Assembly: GCA_977017645.1 (NCBI GenBank)
Contig: OZ360245.1
Coordinates: 26,040,001-26,104,000, forward strand
DNA: 64,000 nucleotides
Source: Torpedo marmorata
Taxonomy: Eukaryota
Reading direction: 5' to 3'
Shown piece by piece: positions 12,842-23,290 of this stretch. Numbering within the stretch: the stretch's first letter is position 1; each line of letters opens with the position of its first letter. A program made the translations under genes and the position numbers. The notes beneath the pieces were generated by a model. That model was not told where the DNA came from, ran no database searches, and saw only the letters and a list, made by a program, of their open reading frames with translations.

Positions 12842-14326
12842 CATAGAACAATTACAGCACAGAAACAGGCCACCTCAGCCCCTCTAGTCTGTGCGGAACC
12901 ACTTTTTCTTGCCTAGTCCCACTGACCTGCACTCAGTCCATAGCCCTCCATACCTTGGATTCAACAATGGTTGGATAGGAGATGCCAGAGAGTAGTGGTG
13001 GAAAATTGTTTGTCAAATTGGAGGCCGGTGACTAGTGGAGTGCCTCAGGGATCGGTACTGGGTCCATTGTTGTTTGTCATATATATTAATGATCCAGATG
13101 ATAGGGTGGTAAATTGGATTAGTAAGTATGCAGATGATACAAAGATTGGTGGTGTTCTGGACAGTGAAGAGGGATATCAAAGCTTACAGGGGGATATAGG
13201 ACAGTTAGAAGAGTGGGCAGAAACATGGCAGATGGAATTTAATATTGATAAATGTGAGGTGCTGCATTTTGGTAGGATTAATCAGCAAAGGTCATACATG
13301 TTAAATGGAAGACAACTGAGAAGTGCAGTAGAACAGAGGGATTTAGGAATTCTGGTACATAATTCCCTGAAAGTTGAGTCACACATAGATAGGGTGGTGA
13401 AGAAAGCATTTGGTATGTTGGCCTTCATAAATCAGAGTATTGAATATAGGAGTTGGGATGTCATGTTGAAGTTGTATAAGGCATTGGTGAGGCCAAATTT
13501 GGAATATTGTGCGCAGTTTTGGTCACTGAATTACAGGAAGGATATAAACAGAATAGAGAGAGTGCAGAGGAGATTTACAAGAATGTTGCCTGGGTTTCTG
13601 GGATTGAGTTATAGGGAAAGGTTGAACAGGCTGGGACTTTATTCCCTGGAGCGTAGAAGGTTGAGGGGTGATATGATAGAGGTATTTAAAATTACGAAGG
13701 GGAAAGATAGAGTCAATGTGGACAGGCTTTTTCCTTTGAGAGTGGGGAAGATTCAAACAAGAGGGCATGGATTGAGATTGAAGGGGGAAAAGTTTAGAGG
13801 AAACATGAGGGGGAATTTCTTCACTCAGAGGGTGGTAGGAAGGTGGAACGAGCTTCCGGCCGAAGTGGTAGATGCAGGTTCAATTTTAATGTTTAAGGAA
13901 AAGTTGGATAGGTATATGGACGAGAGAGAGGTGTGGAGGGTTATGGGCCGGATGCGGGTCAGTGGGACAAGGTGGAAGAATGTGTTCGGCATGGACTAGA
14001 AGGGCCGAACTGGCCTGTTTCTGTGCTGTAAATGTTATATGGTTATATACCTCTCCCATCCATGTACCTGTCCGAATTTCCCTTAAATGTTAAAATCAAG
14101 CCCGCATCCACCACTTCAGCTGGAAGCTCGTTCCACACTCCCACTACTCTCTGAGTGAAGAAGTTTCCCCTCATGTTCCCCCTAAACTTTTCCCCTTTCA
14201 CCCTTAACCCATGTCCTCTTGTTTGAACCTCACCCACCCTCAATGGAAAAAAGCCTATCTACATTTACTCTGTCTATCCCCCTCATAATTTTAAATACCT
14301 CTATCAAATCACCCCTCATTCTTCTA
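12842..14326 (-). mobile_element. CR1 3' fragment (host), split by an antisense CR1 insertion
   Basis: 12842-12955 and 14047-14326 join into one continuous CR1 3' end (RGHGLRVKGEKFRGNMRGNFFTQRVV). Confidence 0.85.
12956..14046 (+). mobile_element. CR1 LINE, 5'-truncated, young
   Basis: 342-aa open RT C-terminus (GVPQGSVLGP, YADDTK), ATATGGTT-type tail, TSD ATACCT at 12950-12955 and 14047-14052. Confidence 0.92.
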
Positions 14327-14529
14327 TTAAAAAAAAAGCTTGCTTCTCACTCTCCAGCAAATTATTGAGAATGTAGGAGGTTATATTGTTCAAATGGGAT
14401 ATTAAGCCAAGTATATCCTCTCAGCCAGACACAGAGGATGCAATCACACAACTGGAAGAAGAGTCCGGTGCTCTCTCAGCACCAAAGTGTTATAGAGCAG
14501 AGGGATCTTGTGCACAGGTACAACAAGTG

Positions 14530-16141
14530 CAGAAAAATCCCTGGTATCTGGAATTCAAGGAACCGGCAACCCCAAGCAACCGACAAAAACACTCCAGGAA
14601 ATAAATAAATAAATAAATAGATTTGAAAGAATAAGAATAAATAAAAGAAAATTAAATAAAAGTTTAAAATTGTAAAACTACATGTACTCCGAAGCAACAC
14701 ACAACCCCTTGGGTGAAGATGGGAGCTAACATTCAGCCAGCGGAGCGCCCCGGTCGTGCCCCACCCGCAGCAGCTGTTTGAATAAAGTTTCAATAAAGTT
14801 GTGCTTGAATAAAATGGCGTCGCCCAGGATGAAGAGCCGGCCGATGCCGCTCGGGCGACTCCCCCAAAGTGTATCCCTATCCCTGCCTAGTAAGAGTCTT
14901 TATCTTTATTAGTATTGTATGTTAATACTTAACGTAAGGCTTTATTTGTAAACTTTGTTACAAATTCAAACCAGCAACGACAGAAGACGCAATGCAAAAG
15001 GGGTAAAATTGAAATTTATATTTATTAAAGACAATTAAACATATAATTTCACAACAATTAACCCCACTATAAACGTCTATAAACACTATTCTTATCTAAA
15101 AGATGTGTGTTTGTGTATAAAGCCCAGACCATTACAGTCTGTGCCCAACCCTCATGTAAAAATGGAAAAACTTTCCCCAAAAACCCCAGGTCTGTCATAA
15201 AAACAAGTCAGTCAGAAAAAAATAATACAGTCCACAAAAATTCACTCTCTATGTTCAGGATCCAAATTCAGCTCTGTGTGCTGGCAAGAAGGACTTCTTA
15301 ATGAACGTTGGAGAGAGACAATGACTGTTAATGCTTACGAATACTTGGCTTGCTTTTCTTCTCTGATGACTTTCCTTTTTGGTAGAGATTCACGAGGATT
15401 GCGACTCCAAATCAGTATACCACTGATTGAGGCGTGTACTTGGATCTCACAGCTGGTCTCTCTGATCTCACGCCTGTTCTCCACAAAAGTTGCTTTAACT
15501 CAGGATTTTTCTGAGACAGGAGGCCATGTGCTATTCTCCCAGCCTTTTTCCCTGGGATGCACAAGCCTGGATTTTGCTGTGTTCTCCAGCCTTTGCAACT
15601 CCAAACTGCCTGCTTTTTGCAGAGGTTTGCACCTGCTTTTGCAAAAGTGCAACAAAGTATCTTTTCCACAGTCTGTCTCTCTCTGGTCTCTCTCTCTCTG
15701 TGTGAGTACAAGAAGTCCTGGGCAAGTTAACGCTTTCAGTACCTGGTCCCAGTGTGTACTCCAAAAGACTTCATCCTTCCTGCTGACCGTCCGCAGTCCA
15801 AATGGTCAGTCATGGTCCATAACAACTTGGAGGGTGGGGGTTAATTATGATGGCAGCGCGGTTAGCGCAATGCTGTTACAGTGCTAGCGACCAGGGTTCG
15901 AATTTAAATTTGTAAGTTACGGGAATTACCTGATTAAAGTGAACTTTACATAATTAAGGACTTCAATACTGATTTTTTCCAAATTATTTTACATTTTGCA
16001 CTGTCGTTTGTATTTTAAAATGTTTATTCTTAATGCAGGCGTATTAGTTAGGCATTGTACGAGTGTGTCTCAGGCAACCGGAAAACTTGCTTATCCGGCA
16101 TCCACAATCCCCATAGGTGCCGGATACCGGGGATTTTACTG
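14530..16141. mobile_element. Tc1/mariner-type MITE, second copy, carrying a solo LTR
   Basis: TIRs CAGAAAAATCCCTGGTATC / GATACCGGGGATTTTACTG+TA; internal sequence homologous to 2744-3440. Confidence 0.85.
14956..15824 (-). mobile_element. Solo LTR (869 bp) of an LTR retroelement
   Basis: TGTTA...TAACA termini, 4-bp TSD ACTT (14952-14955, 15825-15828), absent from the homologous MITE at 2744-3440; minus-strand AATAAA at 15021-15026 suggests orientation. Confidence 0.8.
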
Positions 16142-16546
16142 TACCTTGAAAGTGGCGTCATAGGTAGATAGGGTAGGCAAAAAGGCTTTCGGCATATTGG
16201 CCTTCATCAGTCAGAGTACAGAGTACAGAAATTGGAAGGTCATGTTACAACAGAATAAGGCGTTGGTGAAGCCCCATTTGGAGCATTGTGTTCACTTTTG
16301 GTCACCGTGGTATAGGAAAGACGTTGTTAAGCTGGAAAGGGTGCAGAGAAGATTTACAAGGATGTTGCCAGGACTCAGGTGCCTGAGCTATAGGGAAAGT
16401 GTGTGCAGGCTAGGGCTTAGTTCCTTGGAGCTCAGGAGGATGATTGGTGATCTCATAGAGGTGTACAAAATCATGAGAGGAATAGATCGTCTTTTGCCCA
16501 GAGTAAAGGGGGGGGGGGGGGATTTTCTTTATTTTTTTTATTTAAA

Positions 16547-16586
<40 letters not shown>

Positions 16587-16616
16587 AATCGGTAACGACA
16601 GGACATAGGTTTAAGG

Positions 16617-16779
16617 CAGAGGTTCTCAACCATTTTTTCCCCCACTCACATACCACCTTAAGTAATCCCTTACTAACCACAGAGCACCTATGGCATAGGA
16701 TGCCATAGGTGCTCTGTGGTTAGTAAGGGATTACTTAAGGTGGTATGTGAGTGGGGGAAAAAAAAGTTGAGAATCACTG
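16617..16779. mobile_element. hAT (Charlie-like) palindromic MITE, 163 bp
   Basis: Perfect 8-bp TSD GTTTAAGG; CAG(A/T)G(G/A)TTCTCAAC termini; the whole element is an 80-3-80 hairpin. Confidence 0.92.
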
Positions 16780-17714
16780 GTTTAAGGTGAGGGGGAGAGA
16801 TTTAACAGGAACCTGAGAGGCAACCTTTCAATGTATTTATCTTACACAGAGGGTTGTGGGTGTGTGGAATGAGCTGCCAGATGTGGTGGTTGAAGTAGAT
16901 ACTATTGCAATGTTTAAGAAAAAATTCAACAGATACATGAATATGATGAGTTTAGAGGGGTATTGGCCAAAAGCAGGCAGGTGGAACTAGGGTGAGTGGA
17001 ACATATTGGTCAGCATGTGCAAATTGGGCCGCAGGGCCTTTTACCACACTATATGGCTCTTTATCTATGACTCTAAAACAGTTTAATTCGACCTTATTCT
17101 CACTCTTGTGAGAGGCCTTGCTGTATACAAGTTTTCTATTTTATCTCCCAATATTATAAGACAAATAATTAATTGGCTCCAAACTTTCAGATGTCCAGGA
17201 CTTGATGGCATTTCATAGAAGATAGCTATTTTTAATCTTTCCTTTGAATTTTTAGGTTTCCTTATAGAAAGCCCAAATATTGAACTTTTTACGCAAATAG
17301 GAAAACCTCTTAAATAATTAACAAATAACAGTATGTATCTGCACACTTGTAATATTAGAAATCTATCCTCTTGCACGTACAGCCAAATAAATCTAAAAAT
17401 TTGCATAACTAGTCGGGTTGAAATGTAAACAATTATCTCCACATCTTGTTACAATATATTTCAACATTAAACTACAAAATTAATCCATCCTCAAGATTGA
17501 TAAATCTGCAATTCAGTGAAAATTTTCCTCTTTATTTATGTGCAGCAGCTAGTTCTTGCAAAGCTAGGTTCTACAAACAACAAGATTAATTACCGTTTGA
17601 TCTATATTGATTGAAAGGAAAATGATTGAGAAAGAGTCTCATCTTCTTATTTGAAAAATGACAAGTGTTATGTGCTCTTGGATTAAGGCTTAATATCACA
17701 AAAATATTCAAACA

Positions 17715-18020
17715 CAAAAAAAAATAGCAGTTGTTGGCCACCAGGCCCCTCAAGCCTACCTGCCATTCAATATGATCATGGCAGATCTACACTGGCCTCA
17801 ACTCTTCTGCACTGGTACTGCATAAACCTCAATTATTTGATCTTTCAAAGATACATCTCCAATTTAGATACATCTAATGATCTGGCCTCCACCAACCTCA
17901 TTGACAGTGAATTCCAGAGACTCACTACCCTCTAAGAGAAGAGATTTCTACACGCCTTAGTTCTAGATACATCCCCTTGTTTGTAACTCTCCCACCAGTA
18001 AAAATATCTCCGCATCTACC
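17715..18020 (-). mobile_element. Degenerate CR1 3' fragment
   Basis: Similarity to the CR1 3' ends elsewhere in the window (ggcctccacc...gaattccagagactcactaccctct). Confidence 0.65.
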
Positions 18021-18624
18021 TGTCAGCACCCACCCCCTCCCCTCCAAAAAAATGTTTCACTTAGAAATATGCCTTCTTATGCTTATGGTTTGGTCAAAAG
18101 CTGAACCTCTGAACTCTAATTCATAAATCTGTAAGCCCTATAACAAAACATCAGGTGCTCCCATTTCCTCCAAGATAATTCCAGAGGGTTAACAGGTTAT
18201 TGCAAATGCCCCGAGTGTAAGTGGGTTATCCACACTAGGAATATCAGGGTGGAGATGATGGGTACACAAGAGAGAATAGACTACAGGAAAATAAGTATGG
18301 AGGAATGGAATTACTCCAATAACTGGCACACTCAATGGACTGAAAGGCCACCCTCTAACAAAAGGAAACATGAGATATGATGTAGTATGAAGAGATGTCA
18401 ACATTCAGATTTTATTAGAAGGAATATTTGAATAGGTAATTCAGATAGACCAAGGCTTTCTACTGTTATAAGACAAATTCAGGAAGTTGACCTTTTATAT
18501 CCAGTTAACATCAGTTTGTTTGTTTTTTAAGTTGAAAGTGAGTTTTCTTACTATCTATTTCAGAACCATTCACTAATGCCAAACTCCTTACATAATTTAG
18601 TATCCACTTTTGTTTGATAATGGT

Positions 18625-18800
18625 ACCAGGTTCAAATCCAGCACTGTCTGCAAGGAGCTTGTTCACTCTCCCCGTGACCCGTATTTGTTTTTTCCAGGTG
18701 TTCCAGTTTTCTCCCACCCTCAAAAACATATGGTGTTGGTAGGTTAATTGGGCAGCACAAGTTTCATAGGCTAGAAGGGCCTTCTACTATGCTCTATTGT
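18625..18800 (+). mobile_element. tRNA-derived SINE with CR1-like tail (V-SINE/HE1-like)
   Basis: B-box GGTTCAAATCC, central CTCCCCGTGAC...CCCACCCTCAAAAAC, tail GAAGGGCCT...TGCT; related fragments at ~5069-5150, ~11080-11165 and ~15850-15905. Confidence 0.65.
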
Positions 18801-19419
18801 TACAATTAAAATGTTATTTAAAACAGTTTCAAAAAAGCACTAATTGCACATTGTTATTGTAAACACTGAAATGAAACAGGGAAATAGGACAAACTTACAT
18901 GGGCCAATTAAAAATCATCAATCCAAAATATTAACATTTTCTCTCTTCATAGCCTCTACCTGACCTGTTGACTATTTCCAGGATATATAAGGTTCCCAGC
19001 AGTTTCACTTCTCTATATTAAAACCCCTTCATACACGTTTTACTACAAAGTATACCTGCGTTTGGATCTGGTTCTCTCGAAAGGTGGGATTACTCCACAA
19101 TTTCAGCCTGGTAACATAAATGTTGGTTGTACATTACTAGATGTATACCCCGAAGGGCGGCGAGAACACTGAAACAAACTCTGCCCACGATCCACAGCTT
19201 CCAGCAGCGGACACACGATAAGTAACCGGGGCTATCAGTTCAGATTGAGAAACAATTACGAATCAGCGGCTCTAAAGACACGGATTCACGTGCCGAGGGT
19301 ATGGAGGCCGCGCCATGCAGCCGGGAGCCTCAGCACCAACAGCCCCGGCTGCTAAAACCTTCGCACCATCACTCCTCCTGCCTGCAGCCGAACGCGCTTC
19401 AATCGCAGTCCCCAAATAC

Positions 19420-19504
19420 CTTCATCGTCCTCGTCCTCCGGATCCTTTAATGTGGGCAAAGGGTTTAGCAACTCCTCCAGCTGCTCTGCGATGGAAGCTG
19501 CCAT
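19420..19504 (-). CDS. AATF: Apoptosis antagonizing transcription factor (Che-1/Bfr2 family), coding exon 1
   Basis: MAASIAEQLEELLNPLPTLKDPEDEDDE then G|GTATT donor; resembles the AATF N-terminus (QLEQLLNP...DPE); 85 nt; directly downstream of LHX1 as in other vertebrates. Confidence 0.9.
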
Positions 19505-19585
19505 CTTGCTTCTGCCTTCAGAATGAATAGAGCCTATTCAGTATGACATACTTCCGATTGGCAAAACAACTTCCGGCTCCGGCTG
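19498..19585 (-). promoter_or_regulatory. AATF housekeeping-type promoter
   Basis: Two ETS cores (ACTTCCG 19550-19556, ACTTCCGG 19569-19576), CCAAT (gattgg 19556-19561), YY1-like AAGATGGC overlapping the start codon; CpG-rich first intron start. Confidence 0.7.
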
Positions 19586-21719
19586 ACACAGACTGTGCAG
19601 GAGTTTCTACTTATCTGACCATGCTCATCTTGCTCAAGATACCACTTATCATCGTAACCTTTTTGGAGATATCTTTTCCCATAATTTTCTGAATAAACTA
19701 CATAAATATGATAAATGTAACGTTATAAATCAAAGCAACGTAGCCTTAAAATGGCAAAGTATATTTATTTATCTTTGCAACCTGCGAAATATGTTGAGGA
19801 TTTTTATAAAAGTGGTCAGCAAATATTTCGTCTTTATCTTTCTAATCTCATGCATCTCAAGGCTTTAATTTCCCCCAGTGTTGAGGCTTTTAGCGTCTTG
19901 AAACTAAAAATTGTATTAGTCCTGTTACAGCTCAGCCACAATAGAATTATGACAATTAATATATTATCCACTTTTTCAATACCTGTATATTCATTTATGA
20001 ATATAGTGAGAGCGAAACTCGTAATATTGTGCTAGTAACTCAAGTTATTATCCACCAAATTGTCTAATATATAAATCCTCTGATAACATTATATTACCAT
20101 TTTGAAATATTCATAATAGGGAATATATATGATTGAAAATTTATTGCCACGTCTTTCAAAGTTATGGTTTATTATTTTAACGCAGTTTTTAAATAAATAT
20201 ATCCCGTTGAGTTAAAAAGGTGTGAGATGCAATTTATGCTGTTTAATAAAATTGCTTTAACATTCATAATAAATATTTATTATATTCTCAAAAAATACAT
20301 AATTAACATTATGATATAGGGAACGATGGGGAGGTTTGCGAATTATATTCACATTCCTTCAAAATGTACAGAATAATAACAATAATATAGGGACAAACGT
20401 GATAGATAGATATATTGTTTGCTCTGTCAGTCAGAAACTTCTTAAGAAGAATCAAGGAATTTGCTTGTGCCCATGCAGTATTTGAAGGGATGGAATAACC
20501 ATTTGAAATCCATGTATATGGAAAGAGTACAATATATTATACAAGTGGAAACTCCCACCCAGAAAAATGAAATCGACCGAAGCTTTATACAATCATCAGT
20601 GAAATTCTTTCCTAATTATGTTATTAAAGCAACTTACATTGCCGCTAACTCAATTTGAACTCTAAAATCATTACATCTGCACCAAAACAAGAATTTTGAT
20701 GTCTCATATTTTTGAAGGTTGTGGATTATAAATATTATATTTTAAGAAAATATTCAGTGTATTTCTACATTTCTGAAATCACAGTTTTTCATTTGTTTAG
20801 ACAGCTATGTAATCAATAGTTCTCCAGATGCTTTCTGAAAGAAGACCATCAGCTTTCTCTTTGGTAGTTAAAAACCAACACAAAACTAGAAAGAGGAGGG
20901 TTCATTTTGAAGAAAAATTAGATATTGCACTGAATTTGTCACTTTCTGTTTGAAAGGTCCACCATATTGCAGTTATCCATTTATCATAATTTTATACAAT
21001 TAAGATACAAAAAAAGTGTTGGTCTACAACTCACAATTTTAATTGCTCCTCAAATTAAAACTATGTAACTAAAACTTTTTTTAACTATTTGCATGAAGTG
21101 ATACAAATTCATATCAGTAAAATTGGTGTAATCCAATGGTTTCTTGCAAATATTCAGACTTAACATTAGTAACACAGCTGAAAATATTTAATTATCAGGC
21201 AATGAATTTTAGGTTATGGCTAAAAACATTTTTTAAATGTTGCCATTCATCGCTTAACTTATTCAATGTAATATTTTTAACTCAATGCAATTGCAATGAT
21301 TTATTTTCAATGATATGTTCACTAAAAATCACATAAGACCACAATGTCTGATTTGTATGCATATATGTTGTTTTAAAGGAATTAATTAATCTAAAATTTT
21401 AAGTTCAATTTATTTTAATTTATCAATATTTTTCATTTTGAAATAGAAAACATTCATGTTAATACAAAGAAGTATAACTAATGAGTAAAACATGAAAGTC
21501 TGCATACACTGTGATTAAAGTAGAAGTACTGTAAGGTGTAAAGTTTTAGAAGGATAATGTTGGGGTAGTTATTTCAGTATAATGGATACTCTTAATCAAA
21601 TGATATTTTGAATGAAAATGGATAGAGACATAAAAATGACCAAAAAATCCAGTTCATTGTGCCTCAACACCTTATTCATAAACAGAGCACTGACATTTAA
21701 AGACATTAAAACATCAATT

Positions 21720-22701
21720 TTTTTATTAAAAATTCACAAATTTATTCAACATGTTTTTTTTTCATTTATACAGTGAATGGTCTAATATGCAACGGAGGTC
21801 ACAGAAGCTTAGGCCTATCATTATGACAAATATCGATATCATGAGGAATTCTACACTGTATAAAGAAACAAGTAGCAGCTATCAACTGCATATTTGACCA
21901 TGTTGTAAAATTGTTTAAATATTTGACCTTTTGTTTCTGTAAGACACAAAAATAAAATCCTGTATGAATCTATATGAGTATTATTAACAATATGAATGAT
22001 TTCTATGAGAGAGCTAAAAATGAGCAGAAAGTTTATTTTTAACACTCTCTTTCTGAACACTTTCTCCAGTGGACGGTGCAGTGCACCTACAATAATTGTG
22101 CTATGACTTATCTATTTGGCACCTTTCTAGTTTGTTTCTCCACTTTGTAAACATACGCAACAACAAAAAAAAACACTGTACAAGCTGGAGGTGTGAACCA
22201 TAACTCCAGTGAATATTTTGTACATCTTTTGGAAACAAATAAAAAGGTTTGGTTACATGATGCCCGTTTGTTCAAGAGGTTCTAAAATGTTTTCTAAAAC
22301 ATTAAACTCCTGAATTAAATATAATACGTAAACAGTAGACTCTTTCAGTTCATTTATTAGCTTCTTTTTTTTTTGTGGTTCAGCTTTGTGTAGGTAGAGT
22401 AGTTTGCGTCGAAGTCTTGAGGGCTCCTGAACGACTTTGTCTTTTTTTGAAATATGTACTTTTTGGGTTTTAGAATCTCCACTCAGAATGCCGTCCCGTT
22501 CAAAACTTCGTTGCTCCACTAACTCGTTGCAATTTTCTTCTGGAATGAAGTTTGATCTTTAAAACGTTATTTAAGTATGTTTGCGACGAGTTTTGTTGAC
22601 GACCTGCCCTCGTTCTTGCTGACCTGGGAGCGGAGCGAATTGTCTTTGGGGTGGGGTGGAGCACAGAGGAGGGAGACACACTGTCAATTTCTGTCAAGTC
22701 G
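21720..22701 (-). other. LHX1: LHX1 3' UTR with candidate polyadenylation signals
   Basis: AT-rich tract after the stop; AATAAA on the minus strand at 21741-21746 and 21722-21727. The true cleavage site cannot be determined from sequence. Confidence 0.6.
22146..22153 (-). promoter_or_regulatory. miR-30 family 8mer target site (TGTTTACA) in LHX1 3' UTR
   Basis: Plus strand tgtaaaca; a second 7mer-m8 site (TGTTTAC) lies at 22328-22334. Confidence 0.7.
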
Positions 22702-23093
22702 TTACCAAACAGCAGCCTCGTTCATTTCCGGAGGTGGGTGTGACAAATGGTTGGTATATCCCCCATTCGTGAGAGAGAAAGACGGGTTGGGACCCGGGCC
22801 GAACACGTCCGCCGCCATCGTGTGCATTGACGGTCCTGTTAAACCCGGCTCTGGGCTGGGAGAGTCCCCGTGAGAATGAGAGATCATGTCGGTGAACCTC
22901 TGGCCATCGCCTGGCCCCGGGAGATTACTCGGGTGGTGGCCGGGCAGAGGATGCTCGAGTCCGCCGAGTGGGGTCGCCCCAGGCCCGGAAGAGGGCACAA
23001 AACCCAGATCGACTGGAGTCTGAGCCTGAGAGGAGGGTGGACCTTGAAAGAAATCGTAATTGCTTCCAGGGCCATAATATTCAGTCTGGTAAT
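22702..23093 (-). CDS. LHX1: LHX1 coding exon 5 (C-terminus)
   Basis: ccgcag acceptor; [30 protein letters not shown]...[15 protein letters not shown]; spliced CDS 170+224+278+166+392=1230 nt (409 aa). Adjacency to AATF supports LHX1 over LHX5. Confidence 0.96.
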
Positions 23094-23209
23094 CTGCGGA
23101 GACAAAAACAGGACCAAATAAAGATAAATAGGCAACATTGCACAGTCTAACACATTGCGGTTTCAAGGCGTCAACAACAAAGAACATTAAGAATTAATAA
23201 ATCCATTTA

Positions 23210-23290
23210 GAGAATCAGAATTTATTCTCATGAACATGTCACGAAGTTCGTTGTTTTGCGGCAGCATCACATTGCAAACATTCTATAAAC
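23210..23290 (-). mobile_element. Short LINE/SINE 3' tail in LHX1 intron 4
   Basis: Minus strand ...GACATGTTCATGAGAATAAATTCTGATTCT resembles the Rex1-type AATAAA plus short-repeat tail. Confidence 0.5.

Larger units (their letters stand above)
14490..17075 (+). mobile_element. Old CR1 3' fragment hosting several nested insertions
   Basis: CR1 sequence at ~14495-14527 resumes at 16144 (LKV...KKAF..AFISQSTEYR, LVKPHLEHCVHFWSP) and again at 16788. Confidence 0.8.

Noticed and set aside
15276-15887. 203-aa ORF
   Set aside because: Lies within and runs out of the solo LTR; no recognisable domain.
15850-15905. tRNA-like sequence with GGTTCGAAT
   Set aside because: SINE head fragment; no full cloverleaf.
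16507-16588. Poly-G/T/A and (AT)n run inside CR1
   Set aside because: Low-complexity expansion, possibly of unreliable length; no sign of function.
22577-23153. Several overlapping ORFs around LHX1 exon 5
   Set aside because: Alternative-frame and antisense shadows of a GC-rich exon.
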